Source: Vicugna vicugna (taxonomy: Eukaryota). Taken from it: a stretch of 64,000 nt of DNA. Shown here one piece after another: positions 1 to 14,230 of this stretch; within the stretch, counting starts at the first letter, position 1, and each line of letters starts with the position of its first letter. The stretch spans positions 62,001 through 126,000 of the forward strand of contig MU057487.1 of assembly GCA_013265495.1 (NCBI GenBank), read 5' to 3'. The notes below the pieces were generated by a model. It was not told the DNA's origin, made no database searches, and was given only the letters and a program-made list of their open reading frames with translations. Both the position numbers and the translations under genes were made by a program.

Positions 1-1559
1 TTGTCTTCCACAAGAACATGAGTTCCTGAGAGCAAGGGTCATTGTCCCTCCATCTTTGATTGTCCAGCACTGAATGCAGGGGCTACACAAAGGAGCCCAC
101 ACAATTTTTACTGGATGAAAGAATTTGCCACACTACGTAAAATTTAATTATTAGATATTTTTAAAATCTTAAAATCTTGTAAGTCTTATCCTTACTGATA
201 CTGCCAACTCAATTTTTTATCTCAATTATAAAAAAAAATCTAGGTGTGATTCTATTCCCATATTCAAACTAAAGGCTGGTATTTTGTGATTACAAATTAG
301 TAGGTGAGTTTGACTATCTCTATTATTACACATGTTCAATATATAACCTATCATGTGGGCATCTCTTTTAGCAGTTAAAATAAATTCACAAATTACTGTA
401 GCACTGTACAGACAGATGAATATAGCAAGCAGTAGCAATTAGATGTCTTCAATTAAATAATGAAATATATGAATGGCTTTTCAATTCTTTTCTTATAAAA
501 TGAATGCAGATTTTTATCTTGTCCCGTTTCAAGACAGGATGAATTGCGGCTGGAATTTATAAGGGGAGTTAGACTAAAATGACTGATGGTACATAAAAAT
601 CTTCCCTTTTTAAATTCTAAATGACTCTATTAAACTAATCACAGAAGTTCTCACATTTTTCTGGAGAGACTGGGAAAAAAAGATTCCAGGACTTGATGGG
701 ACTCACGAATCTGTATTGTAAAAAATCAAAACACCCAATTTGGTCTTCACTTTTAAAAATCATACCACCTAATTGATTTTCAAGTAGCTAATTTTGAGAC
801 TGAACTGTGAGAAACACTGGAGTTAATGGGACTTAAAAGCAGAGATATGACATCAGGTCCACTATAAACAATTGTTACTTATTTCCAAGTTCTTAGTTAA
901 TAGAGGGGAAAAAGAAAGAATACTACTGTTAGGTCCAAAACAATGATGAGGATGAGATTTTATCACATTTATATATGTATACAGGTATGTGTATCTGTGT
1001 GTATTATATACTACATATATAATATCCCAGGTGTAAGTATGTTTATTATGCATTATACATACTATGCATAAATTATATACTTTATATACATATATATTAT
1101 GTTATATAATTTTTTATATTACGTATTTTTTCTTTTTACACCTGAGGATAATAACAGGCTGAACTACCTGAGAATCCAGTAGGATAGAAAGTTAGATATA
1201 AAACAAAGTTGCTTTAAAGAAAATTTTAAAATGTAACCTTTCTTGCGTGAATGAAGAGTATCTGAACTATGATTTGTACTCACTCCATACACAGCTATGA
1301 TACTATATGTGAAGCTGAAGAAATACCTTCTTTAAAAACTGAAACATCTACTTGGGGTGCAAAGGCTCTCAGAGTGAGAGGTGTGCCCCACACAGATCTT
1401 CCTATCTTTTCATTCAGGGAGGGGTGGCAGGAGGGCCCAGGCTGACTGTCTGCTTCTGCTCAACTCAGGCAGAGGTGATCTGCCCACACTTCCACAGCTT
1501 GCGTCAACACTCTCACAGGTATGGAAGCTAGTAGTGGCAGAGGAAACTCATGCCCACCA

Positions 1560-3380
1560 AAATTAATAACCAACCTTCTGTATTTCAAATAATGAATATA
1601 AACAACTAAGAATTAGTAGTTATTTTTTAAATGAACAATAAAAGAGAGAAAGATCAAAATGAGTAGAGAACTGATTTAGGAAGAAACAAACTGTTTAGTA
1701 AGAGAAGATAACTTAAAAAAATTCTCCTAAGTATTCTAAGAAAGATTCAAGAATGTATCTATTCATAAACTAGAACAAAAAATATGCAAAATGGGAATAA
1801 AAGAATAAGGAAGAGCTCATGAAAATAAAGAACACAAAACTAGGAATCAAGATTAAGGGGGAAAAAATGTGGTGAGTTGGGGGGAAAAAAAAGAAGTCTC
1901 CTAAAATATAAAGCCATCAAAGCAGAAGCTGAAAAATATTTTTAAAGAGTCAAGAATAGAGTATAAATCCACGAGGTCCAGCATCCACCTTAAGGGGTAT
2001 CTCTACTGGAAGAACAAAGACAGTGAAGGCAGAGAAACAATCAAGCAGCAGAGGAAAATCCCTAGAGCCTAAGACGTGACTCTTCAGAGAGAAGATGTGG
2101 CTCAGCAGAAATGCAAACCAACCCATAAACACATCCTCGCTAAATATCAGAACATCTCAGTGAATGTTCCTTTTCATTCTTCTCTCTGGATCCTCTTCTT
2201 GATCCTTGATTTGTGTGGACCCAAGGGCTCTTCTTTTCTTTGTCGTTTCTTCATCTTACTCATTTGCTAAGTGATCTCATCTAGACTTACCATTTTGAAT
2301 GTTATCTATACATTGATAATCCCAAATTTATCTCTCTACTTCTAACCTCTCCCCAAAACTCCAGACATCAAGTTAATTTTGTTTCTGCAATCTAACCTAC
2401 ATTTCAAATGCAGTATGTCTAAAGTAGAATTTTTATCTCAATCCCAGCTCCAAAGTGCTCTTCTCCTAAATCTCTGCCATCTCAGTAAACGGTTAACACC
2501 ATTAATCCAGTTGCTCAGACCATAAAACCACAAGTCATACTTAATTCCTCTTTTCCTCAGGCTCTGCATCCAAGGCCAACATCTAACGTGAATTTATAAG
2601 AAAGGTATGTCCAAGAAGAATGTTAATTCCCTAACACTGTGATGAAGTTACATTCTTCCTCTCTCCCACCCCTTACAACGCTGTTTGTATTCATTGTATC
2701 TCTCATTCAAAGCAATACAATTTTTAAGTACATGAGAATGGATCTCTTGGTCTATGGTACAAGTACTGCATGTTCTACAGCAAATAATACATACATAATA
2801 TTTTAAATGTTGGGCATTGGTTTTAAATTTTAAATCAGCAAAGTATGAAAGACATTTCTATTTGCTGGATAAATTTAAGTTCTATAAAACTTGAACATGT
2901 ATAAGTAATGGAAAACAGGAGTTAATGGGTGGAAGCAGATGTGGAGGAACATATAGGGGCAATAAATCTCTGATCTTACAGGGTAGGAAATCAAGAGACA
3001 CTGTAAAAAGAAAATTATGGGTCAAGAAGTAGAATTTTTATGAAGTTAAATAACAAAAGAATTATTTTAATGAGCCTGGTAGGGATTGGGAATCAGGAGA
3101 GAAAATGAGTATAAGTGAGCTAAATTTCTCTCACGTCATAGAGGAAAATTAATAGCGATTTTTGAGTTGATATATTTACAATTAAAATATATGCATATTA
3201 TTTAAGACTTGGTTTTAACTTCCAGAAGAACTAACCATAAAATGGTTAAAAATAATTATTTCTGATGAGTGGGAATGAAGGAAAATGTATTGAATCTTAC
3301 TTTTCATTTAAAATTCTCTTCTGTGTTTGAAGTTACAGTATGGCACATATTATTGGCATAATAATTAAGCAGACAAATAA
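1560..3380 (+). mobile_element. Ancient HAL1/L1ME-like fossil interrupted by an L2 fragment
   Basis: A-rich degenerate ORF1-like sequence. Motif gagctaaatt(t/c)ctc is shared with the 32800-35250 element. Confidence 0.5.
2160..2580 (+). mobile_element. L2 LINE fragment (RT region)
   Basis: gtgatctcatctag...tatctatacattgataatcccaaatttatctct resembles the L2 HLYADDSQIY region. Confidence 0.7.
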
Positions 3381-3846
3381 AAATAAATATATTAATAAAT
3401 AATAGAGCAAGTGATCATATCCAATCTAGTTTTATGTCTACATCTTCACTCATGTTTATTAGAATAAAATTTTATAAAGAGACACCAATTCTTGTTTCAC
3501 TATTGCTTAGTAGCATAAAAGATTAAAATACTGATTTAGGATCGTTTAGTCTAGTTTTTATTTTTATTCCACTATGTAAGTACAAAGATTGGTTAACTCT
3601 CGTCTGGTCTAAGTATGTTGATGTCAGGCTATGTATTTAATAAAAGAATTCTGTAAAAAGGATCCTTCACATCTGGAAGCAGAGAAGCTCACACAGTAAT
3701 TCACTGCAATTTACCTCCTCAAAGTACCACAGGCCTATACAACCCCGCAAAGAGAAAAACTGCAGTTTTGAAGACAGTAAATACTTCCATCGTCCTAATG
3801 CTACCCTTGTCCTACTTCTGTGCTTATAAATATGGCACTATTTTTA

Positions 3847-4053
<207 letters not shown>

Positions 4054-5389
4054 TTACATCAATTAAGCAGCCACAAAGTAGCTGATGCAACATTGATAGT
4101 AAGATGAAAATAAATATAAAGCTGCATAATTAATACATTTCAGTATAAACAAAAACAGTCTAGAGTAAGAAGGAACACAGTGCAAAAAAACTCTAGTGCT
4201 GCTTATGAATTTCATAGAGTTCTATGCTCCTTTTGAAAACGTGGATATTTCCAAAAGCACAGTAACTCTCAGAATTTCATGGTACCTCTCAGTGCCTTAG
4301 GAGCCCATTGTGAGTCATTTCGCAGCCTGATAAGCTGCTGTTAGGGTTTTTAAAGCCATTAGTGTCCCTGCACTGCATGCTTTTCACTTCTTGGTATGCA
4401 AATTTATGATTAAAATCAGTAATAAAGTGTTTCATATCAGCTCAAAAAAATAAAGAAATTTCAAAAAATAAATACATTAATAAATAATAAAACAAATGAT
4501 GACATCAAATCCAGTTTGCATGTAAACCAGTGGTTAGTATTTTCTTCAAATGGAAAAACTAAGTATCACAGAGGTTAACTAGCTTGTCCAGGGTCACAGA
4601 ACCAACAAGTACAAAGCTATCAGTAACCTGATACCCCTACCCCCCACCTTTCAGGCACTGGATACCTTCATGCTGTTTTCTGCCTACTCCACATGCACTG
4701 AGACATACCATCTTCCTTCCAGGGAGGGGAGCAAAAGAGGCAGAGACAGAAGAGCATGTTTCTGAAAATACTATTTGCGGACATCACAGTTCTGCCCAGT
4801 TATCAGCTACATTAGTAAACAGATCCTTTATTTCTACAAAAAATGTAAGTCATAAATTATTTTTATTAGCCCTTCTTATGTGACCACCTGATTTCAAATC
4901 ATTCTTTTCCTTAAACTACCTAATTTCCATTTATTGTCCTTAATAAGAAAAACATATAAGCAAAATAAAATAAGGATAAGTCACATTTATTATGAATATG
5001 AAAATTCAACTCATGTGTTCCTTGCTCTGCCTTACAAAATATTTAATCTAAGGTTATATGGCATACAATCTGTTTTTTAAAAATCCTTAAATCATTGGGC
5101 AGTTCTTTAGACTATAACCCTCCTCCATCAGACAGGAGGTACAGGGTGGCTCCTTTAATAAATCATCACAGATCTTCCTAGCTCAGTTTTCTCTTCGTGG
5201 CTATGAGGCACTACACCAACTGCCCCACTAACCCTGATACTCAGTAGATGAAAGCCAAACTACACTAGTGATCCCACTTCTAGAAATACATCCAACAGAA
5301 GTATAACAGAGTAAAGAAAGATACGCAGATACATACATGGTGTAGCAATGCTGTTTTAATAGCTAATACTATACACTATATAAGTTATC

Positions 5390-6180
5390 TATTTATTCTT
5401 CCATAAATATTTATTGAATGTCAACTGTATGTACTAAGTCATGTTAAGGATTTAGGTATTTCCCATAAGAGCAATAAAAAAAAATTTAAGCAGGCAGGTG
5501 ACATGACCAAATTTTTATTTTGAAATTATCTCTCTGGTTACAGAGTCAAAAGTTAATTCAAGCACAAAAAGATCAGAAGAAAGTCCGTTAGAAAACTACT
5601 GCATTAGCCCAGGTAAGAGATGATAAAAGCCTGGAGGTAGAAATGGAAAGAAGGGGGAAGATTCAAGAGGGAAAAGCCACAGGATTTGGTGGTTAATTGG
5701 ATATGAGAGGTGAAGGAACAAGGGAAGCGATAAATACTCCTAGGCTTCTGGCAAATATAACTCAGCATACAGTGGTGCCATTCCCCGAGACGTGAAATCT
5801 GGAAGAGTTGGAAGGGAAGATCATCAGCCTGGTTTTGGCGTTTGAGGCTTAGAGTGCTATTTAGATACAAAAGGAGATGTCAAGTAGGGAGCTGGAGTTA
5901 TTGGTTTGACACTCAGACCAGAGATGTGAATTAGAAAAATAAGTTTATGAGTCACCTAAGTATAAGTGGTTATTGAGACAAGGATACAGATGAGTCACAC
6001 ACACACAAATGCTGACTGAGAAGAAAAGGCTTCTAGAACCGAGTCTGAAAAGCATTTCCACATTTAATAGCTGAATAGAGAAGGATGAGCTTATAAAGGA
6101 GGTAGAGAAAGAGAAGCTGGAGAGGATAACTAGGAGTAACTGAGGCGTGACTGAAAGTGTGAACAGAGATGAAAATATCT
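5390..6180 (-). mobile_element. L2 LINE fragment
   Basis: Motifs aaatatttattgaatg, ggatttggtggttaattggatatg and ggagatgtcaagtagg are typical of antisense L2. Confidence 0.7.
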
Positions 6181-6184
6181 GGCA

Positions 6185-6745
6185 ATTTTTCAAAAAATAT
6201 TAAATTTGCAAGTATCATACAACCCGACTATAATCCCAGTATTTATCCCAGAGAAACTAAGCTTTTACTCATGCAAAACCTGTAGAAGAATTTTATAGCA
6301 GCTTTATTCATGATAGTCAAAACCTAGAAACAACCCAGATGTCTTTCAATGGATGAATAATTTAACAAATCATGGTACATCCACACCATGATTTACCCAT
6401 AGAAGGGAATGACCTAAAGATACATGCAGCAACTTACGTGAATCTCCAGAGAATTATGCTGAGTGAAAAAACGTCAATCTCACATACTGCATGATTCCAT
6501 TTATATAACATTCTTGAAATGAAAGAAAACATAAGATGAGATTAGTGGTTGCCAGGGGGCTGGAGGTTGGGGGCTAGGAGGAAAGTGGGTAAGGATAACA
6601 GAGCAACAAGAGAGATCCTTGCAGTGATGAGAATGTTACCATTGAGGGAAATGGTCAGTTTACACAGGATCTTTCCTTACTATTTTTTACAACTGCGTGT
6701 GAATATACAATTACTTCAAAATAAAAAAGAGTAATTAAAAAATAA
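6185..6745 (+). mobile_element. Old L1 (L1MB/MC-type) 3' end
   Basis: aaacaacccagatgtctttcaatggatgaat, gaattatgctgagtgaaaaa, attagtggttgccagggg and an A-rich tail. Confidence 0.85.
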
Positions 6746-7049
6746 ATCCTGGTTTGTTTTTTCCAAATAGACTGGAGAATTTTTCAGTTTTGATTTACTT
6801 TCTGTTCCATAGGGCTGGCCTAAAAGTACAGTGTGTAATGCATTGTTTACTACCATGGTGATCACTTGAGCCTAGAAGCTTAGTTAACTTTTCCAGATCT
6901 CATATGCCTCATTAAAGAGTCCGCTGGCTATGTTCTAACAAGGTTGAAGGAGTAACTTTGTGTCAGGGGATGGGGTAGTGGGGCGGGAGCAAGTAGGAGT
7001 GAATTATCTGTCCAGACTGAAGTCAGCCATTGCCAGTTATTCATTAGCA

Positions 7050-7203
7050 TTAACTATATTTAATCTTATAATAGCCTATAATGAAAAAGAATATGAAAAG
7101 TAATATATATGTATAACTGAATCACTGTAAAGTACAGCAGAAATTTACACAACATTGTAAACTGACTATATGTCAATGAAAATAAAATCAAATAAAATAA
7201 ATA
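7050..7203 (+). mobile_element. Short 5'-truncated artiodactyl-type L1 tail
   Basis: gaaaaagaatatg...tataactgaatcactg...acaacattgtaaactgactata followed by an A-rich tail. Confidence 0.8.
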
Positions 7204-9199
7204 CACTTACAGACAGCTACTAAGGTGGGGATAAACTCATCTGTGTTATTGGCAGAGAAGTGGAAAAGGACTGGTTTAGTTAACAGTAAACACCTATTTC
7301 CTTAGAGCAGATTTGGGCATCATGTTACTTGTTTATTGAGACAAGTTAGGTAAGTTAAAATAAAGTGAATAAACGTGAAGGAGTAAGAGGTCTGCTTTTT
7401 GGGCATGCCCATTAAAGCCAGAGGAGTAAGAAACCTCAGAATCTAAAAATCTAACTAAACATTATTTTAAATAGCTTATAAGTTTTAAAGTTCAGGTTAA
7501 AATGACTTTGTTTTTTATAAAGTCAGACGTTTTAAAATTATTTTGGATAAATAAAATCTATTGGATAGTGTGGTCTACTTAAAATTAAAATTCTAATTAT
7601 TATTCATGTTATTTTATTTGACTCTATCCTCTTTGACGTTTAATTACTTTGCCGTTTTTATTTCCAGCACATGAACATAAATTCTGAACCTAACACATTA
7701 ATCTCTAATTTTAGCTAGTAATTCACCCACACCAGATCTCTCTCACGCCCCATCTGTTACTTACTACTTCAGATGCTATTGGTGCATTAAGCCGTACAAA
7801 TACAGTATAATCATTACCAACTCTGGCACTTTGATATTCAGTTCTAATGGCAAAACAAAACAAAAGGCAAAAAATCTTTTTGGTCAACCAACTGCCTCTT
7901 TGAGAGTGGATCCTGTTCCAAATGAGCACTTTGATACATTGCAATATGCAAGGTAGAAAACAGCTGGGTTTGGGAGTAGTGATGGGAGACTGAACTGCAT
8001 CATAGAGTAGAGGACACAGGTGCAATCAGGGAAGAAGAAGATGGGAAAAAGGATGTGAAGACTGAGAAGGAGAAGGAAAGGTGAGATGGAGAAAGGGGGC
8101 AAAGAAGAGAAGATCCAACTGGCAGACTACACGAAGTGGCTAATTAAAACACAGGGTCAGGAAATAGCCGGCCGGGAGCAGGTAAATTGCAGCAAGTGTT
8201 TCCATGCCTTTCTATAATATTCCTCTCTTCTCCCCGGCCCCCACCCCAACCTTCAATATAACCTACTACATTCACACACAGATTTCTTGTATGGAGAGAG
8301 AGAAGACAGGCCACTAATGAAAATTTATTTAAAAATTGAATTGGTTGCCTAGGTTGACTTGATACAGAACAGGGCAACATAAGCAGGCAACAAGAAGCTG
8401 CATCTGCTAAGCAGAGCAGAAGCAGGAAAGCAAAGGTGAGGATTTAAACCTTCCCTGCTACACAGGCATCAAAGAGACGGCTCCAGCCTCTGCAGCCTAG
8501 AGGAACGGGGACTGATACATACATGCCGTAAGGAGGAAGACACAGTTAAACTCTAACCTATGCTATTATAGACTCTTTACAAGCTTTCTGAATCTGCACA
8601 CACACAACAAAATAAAATTTTAAGAAAGAAAACAAGGAAAGTTAATAAGAAAATAATAAATAATACAAGACCTAGGAAGAATATTTTTATTTTCAAGATT
8701 TTTATCTCATTTGATTACAGGAATGCACAAATCTTAAATACAAAGTGTTAAGTAGACATGGCAAAAATAATGAAATCTGGCTAATGAAAATTAGGAAATC
8801 AGTGACTAGCTAGTGTATGAAGAAAGTTCTATATTAATTCAGGTAGGTATGTAGACCAAAGCCCAGTTCTTGTATAACAATTTTACATTAAAATAATAGA
8901 ACATTTATATAGTCAAGGGTGCTATGCCAAGAGTTAGATCTGAAATAAATAACTCCTAGGAAAAATCTAATACAAAACAATCCAGCAAATACAGGAAACA
9001 GCTCCAAGAGTTTTGATTATAAAAAAAATAATGACTTAGCAATGATGAAAATGGGAATTAGATTTAGAGATAATAAGATTTTTCTACAATAGATACAAAA
9101 ATATTATTTGTTAAGGAGCTAGAGTTTGGAGGACCAGAAAGGAAAGCATCAAATGTGACAGGGTGGTTCTGGCAATGAATCAAACATCTGATTCAGGGG

Positions 9200-9258
9200 G
9201 GTGTGTATGTGTGTGTGTGTGTGTATGTGTGCAGGCATGCAGATATGTGTATGTGTGT
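9200..9258. repeat. Imperfect (TG)n microsatellite
   Basis: gtgtgtatgtgtgtgtgtgtgtgtatgtgt. Confidence 0.9.
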
Positions 9259-9959
9259 TTGTCTTTCAAGGTAGAAAACTAATTATTATTGGTGATTGCT
9301 GTTTTTATGACAAGTTGTAAGTTGAAATGAAAAATACATAAGCATTGTCCCTTCTGTAAGCCTGTACACGTAAACCTGTCTAACCCTTTTAGTCAAAAAC
9401 GAGCCACTCAGTCTAAGACAATTACTTGATAGAAACACAAGTCGGAGGGCTCCTACCTTTGTATATGATAGAGATGGCCTCACTCGTTCTCATTAATAAT
9501 CAGACTTAAGACCACTCACATATGCTTCAAATTCTGTGAGACAATCAACAAAAGTCCTTGAGACAGTAGTTTAGTAGGTGGGTGTGACATGTTGATCCTC
9601 TCGAAGGTGAGCGTGAGGTGTGCAGAAAAGGGAAACAGCAGGAGTGGTTAATAGAGCTTAGCCTTGGATTCACTCTCTGCCAAGCCTCCAGAGGGGATTT
9701 TTTAGGTAAAACCCCCCAAAGAGCCTTGATCAGTTCCCGCTAAGAATTTTAAAGAAAAACTTGATTAATGCCTGCCAAATCATACAGAGCAGAAAATATT
9801 AGAAGGGGAAAACTCCCATGATTAGAGAGAGATATAGGTGAAATGGAGGCTTAGATCAAGCTAGGTTGAAGAAATACAACAACAACAAAAAAAGTTATGG
9901 GAAAAGCAAAATTCAATGGTTCCTTTCTTAAAAGATTTACTAATACTTTAATATCTCAT

Positions 9960-10700
9960 TGTTATGAACTAAATTATGTACCCCCAAATTTATATGTTGA
10001 AGGCCTAACTGGCCTTTACCCGGAGAAAGGGGCTTTGGGAGTGTATGGTCAAGTCACTCAGGACTTGGCCAACTTGGCTGTTCTCCCGCTCTCTGTATGT
10101 CCCCGCTCGAACTGTGCCTGCTTCACCTACACCCTATCACATGACTGACCTTCCTACACAGTTGCCCCAGGCCCCAGCTAACATTCTTCAGGCTTTACAT
10201 GAGAACTCTCCACTATATTTATTAAAGGGGCAGTGAGGGCCGTGGCTCTCTGCTGGTTTCCCAGATAAGCCAACTTGACATCAATTCCCTCTATGACTGG
10301 TAACCCACCCCCCTCCAAGAGCAAAGACTGCCGCCGCGTCCTGTCCACCGACCACTGCACATGCTGGGGTGTCCTTCCAGGGCCTTGCTTCAGACTAGTA
10401 AGATCACCCTATCCATTAAACCACTGACATCTCTGTCGCTAACTCTGGGCTCTCCCTCCAGTCTTGCCGGCCTGTGGGGTGTGGCCCAACAGGGAGGGAA
10501 TTCACATTAAATGACATCATAAGGATGGGGCCCTGAACCAACAGGACAATGTCCTTATAAGAAAGGGTAGAGAAACCAGAGATTGCTGTTTCCATGCAGG
10601 GACAGAGGAAATGCTGTGTGAGGAAACAGCAAGAAGGCAGTCATCCGCAAGCCAGGAAGCCAGACCAGCTGGCCCCCTGACCTGAGACTTCTAGTCCAGA
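9960..10700 (+). mobile_element. MaLR MLT1-type LTR split by a younger solo LTR
   Basis: tgttatgaactaaattatgtacccccaaatttatatgttgaag at the start; gtccttataagaaag and gcaagccaggaag after the insert. Confidence 0.8.
10042..10491 (+). mobile_element. Solo endogenous retroviral LTR (450 bp)
   Basis: TG...CA termini with a perfect 5-bp TSD GGGAG (10037-10041 and 10492-10496). ATTAAA signal near 10415. Confidence 0.85.
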
Positions 10701-13700
10701 AAATATCCAAGTATTACTGAGAGCATGTTATGTGTCCAGTCCTGTGGCACACTGAAGTGGAGAGTGAAACTTAAAACATGATTCTCACGATGAATCAACT
10801 ATTGCTGATTAGACAAAGGTTGCACAGAGCAATTAGTGAAAGGAACAAAACTAAACTAAATGATGGAAATAATTTAAAAACTACATAAGATGCTGACACA
10901 TGAACAGAATGTTCAAGGATTACAAATAAGCTTCCTCTTAAACGACATTTTCAATGTATGATGACCAGAATGCTACGTCGAGATGTATTTTAAAGAGCAG
11001 CTGGCTCACTAGGAAAAGAAATGACAGACACGTGGTGTGCGCATGGATGCAGAAGGCTGGGAAATGGAGGTGGTTGTATCAGTGTGAGCTCCGTCCACTG
11101 AGAAAAGGTTTGTGACAGAGCGGGTGGGTCTCAAGCTGTGACTGACAACAAGGTATGCTTGAGAGACTTAACAAAGAACACAACAGTGTATGAATGAGTA
11201 TGATTCAAAGGAGGAAATAGGTAATGAGAACACATGTTTATTTCAGTGGGTAGAGTGACAACATATGAACCCACGGGGGTCAGAATGACTTACCAAATTC
11301 TAGACCAATCGTTGTAAAACAACTAGATGTCATGACTTGGAAAAGCAGAGAAGAGAATTACCACTTCTCCAGCCATGATTTTAGGAAGTCAGGCTTTTTT
11401 GTATGGCAGACGATTTACATTAATTAGTGACTCATACTGATACACACATCTTAAAATGGGGAGCATCTCAAAGCTTGAATGTTCTCTTTAAAAACATCCT
11501 AAAAATAGCATTACTAGGCAATTATGCTTCCATTTAAAATTAAATACAATAACAGAGCTCTTCTTTTGCATAATTTTTAGAGAAAATCTGAAACTTAGGT
11601 TGTTCTTAATAAGCTTGACTCAAAGCACCAAGACTGAATTATTAATGATTCATTCAATGTGATGATCATCTAGAGAGAAGCTAAAAGATTTGACCACCTG
11701 ACTTTAAGTGATCAAATCTTTTGGTAGCTAATTATGCCATGACTCATGGGATTAAGCAAGAAGAGTAGAATATTAAAATGCTCCATCTCTGCATAATTGG
11801 ATATTTGCTACATTCTGCATTTACTTTCTATGTCACATGCAGAGATGTTTATTCATGTGTTTAATAAATTTATATTTGATTACTCCAATAATTTTAATGT
11901 TGATTTTCCTACTGTCATTTAAACAATTTTTATAGTAGTGTCTAGACTTTTGCTGTTAAGTTGTCAGGTCAATTTTTCTCTCCATAGCACTTTCAGAATT
12001 GACTAGAAATTTCATTGTGTTTCATTGTCTGAACACAAATGCAAGTCACACTATCAAAATAAAGCATCTATATTAATATTAGACTCATTCTATGAAGAAA
12101 ATGCTTCTAAACAAATTTCACTGCTTCATTTAACTCACCTAGAAGCCCACGACAAAGGCTATGTTACCTATCTTTGTGTACTTTTAAGTCCAATGATGCT
12201 GAGGCAGAAAGCAGCACATTCCCTAGCAGTCATATCTCAAGTGTCCAACATTTAGGTGCAAAGAACACTGCAATAATCATATTCATCCGAGGAACTCTGA
12301 AGAACACTGAGGATTATTTTACATTTAACCCCATCCCAATACAACTAGCCCAGCACACATGTATTTTAGCAGTTTCATTGTAAATAAACATTTTGGCATG
12401 AAATCTCTCTTCAATTGAGGTTTTCTAGAATGTGGACTAAATGGTTTAATGAGACATTCCCTTGAGCTGATCTGGGTCTGATGGGAAAACGATCTCTGAT
12501 GGCTTCATGCTTTGGTTTCTTCCAAGGCAAAAATATTTTTTGATGTTACAGAGATACAGCAGATGTCAACATCATATAGGTACTGATCTGTCTCTGGAAA
12601 GAAACTAGAAATGAATAGCTAACTGAGTTAAAGTATAGAGTGGTCAAATATAATTTTTAAAGACTAGATTATTTCTGAAATTGAAAAACCAGATTAAAAT
12701 CTTTTTAATGAGACATTATTAAAGGCTGTAAAAATAGAAGAGGGTCAGTTAGGTTGATTACCTTAAAATTTGCCAGAAATAAACTACACGTGTGTAAGAA
12801 ACAGTTGGTGAAGAATTTTGCTTCTCTGAGTCCTACATCTGATTGCAAGCAACAGGAAATCTGACGAACAGTGACTTCAGTAAATACATGTGTGCCTCTC
12901 ATGAACCAGGAGGTGTGAAGCCAGGCAGCCCAGGACTCATGAAATACCAAGCGCCTCCTAAATGTCTGCTTTGCACAATGTCCTTCACACATTGACTCTG
13001 TCGTCATGCTTGTCAACCCATGTTCAAAGGGTGCCCTCTAGACCTAATGTCTGGACACTCCACTGGCCACAAAGAAGAGTGATGAGTCTCTGCTCCTTTT
13101 CGTGAGAAAATTGACAGCTTTCCTGGGAGCCTCACCCAAAAGACTTCTTACATCTCATTAGCCAGAACTAGGCGACAGGGACGTCCCTAGACCAACTGCT
13201 AGCCAAGGTGAGCAAAGAGTACCATAACTGATCAGAGCAGTAAGGATTCATCCCACTGCCACTAACACAAGTCGGGATTTCTGTTATCCCGGGAACGTGG
13301 CAGAAAAGAATGCTAATTAGGCCACTGATGAGGACTTCCATGGGTCTGAACACATCACTTTTCTCCAGCAAATCACTTTGGAAGATAAACCACATTTCAT
13401 TAGGTACCCCATGTCTCTATCTGATTTAATTCAAACATACTCAGTGCATTAAATTTTTAATTGTAAACTGCTTTTAAAATAAATCGACAGTAAAACTAAA
13501 AGCATTTTAATGTACTATAAAACCTTGAAAATTTAACCATCACCACCCCAACCCCCCCAAACCCCCCCCCCGCCAAAAAGAAAGAGAGAGACTACAGGCT
13601 GTCTAGTTCTTGACTGTTTGGCTCGTATGACCTCTCCGCTATGACACAGACTCTCCTCCTAGCCTTAAACCTTCTCTTCCAGTTTTCCTGTCGTCTCTGT

Positions 13701-13959
13701 CCCACCATCATCGCTTCTAGTCTAATTTTTCTTCTAACTAGCTCTGTCCTCACCAAATACCCTCACTTCCCTATTCATTCTTCAGCGACCTACAATTCGG
13801 CATCTGCCCTCATCACTCCCCTGGAAAACCCTTAAATGAAGTCATCTCCTGTCAGAGTCATTTTTCACCTTTCTTTACCTGCCCGCAGCATTTAACGATA
13901 GTGACCACTCTCTGATGACGCTCCCCTCTGTTGGCTTCATAATACTCTTTCCCCTGGAT

Positions 13960-14230
13960 GGCACGATATTATAGCAGCTAAGGGCATGGACTCAAGATCC
14001 AGACTCGGACTCCATCCCAAGTTATGCTATTCACTGTTTGTAAATAGTAACGAGAAAGTCATTTCAGCAACCTGTGCCTCTGTTTCCACGTTTGTGATAA
14101 GGAGATCGCAGTACTATCTAGCTCATAGGGTTGTTGTGAGGGAATTCAATTAGATGACCCGTTTAAAGGACTAAACACAGGACCTACCACAGCTGGTGTT
14201 CAATAACAGCTCAATGACAATGCTTAACTG
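13960..14230 (+). mobile_element. MIR SINE
   Basis: aagggcatggactc...ctgtgcctctgtttcc...ctcatagggttgttgtgagg MIR core. Confidence 0.8.
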
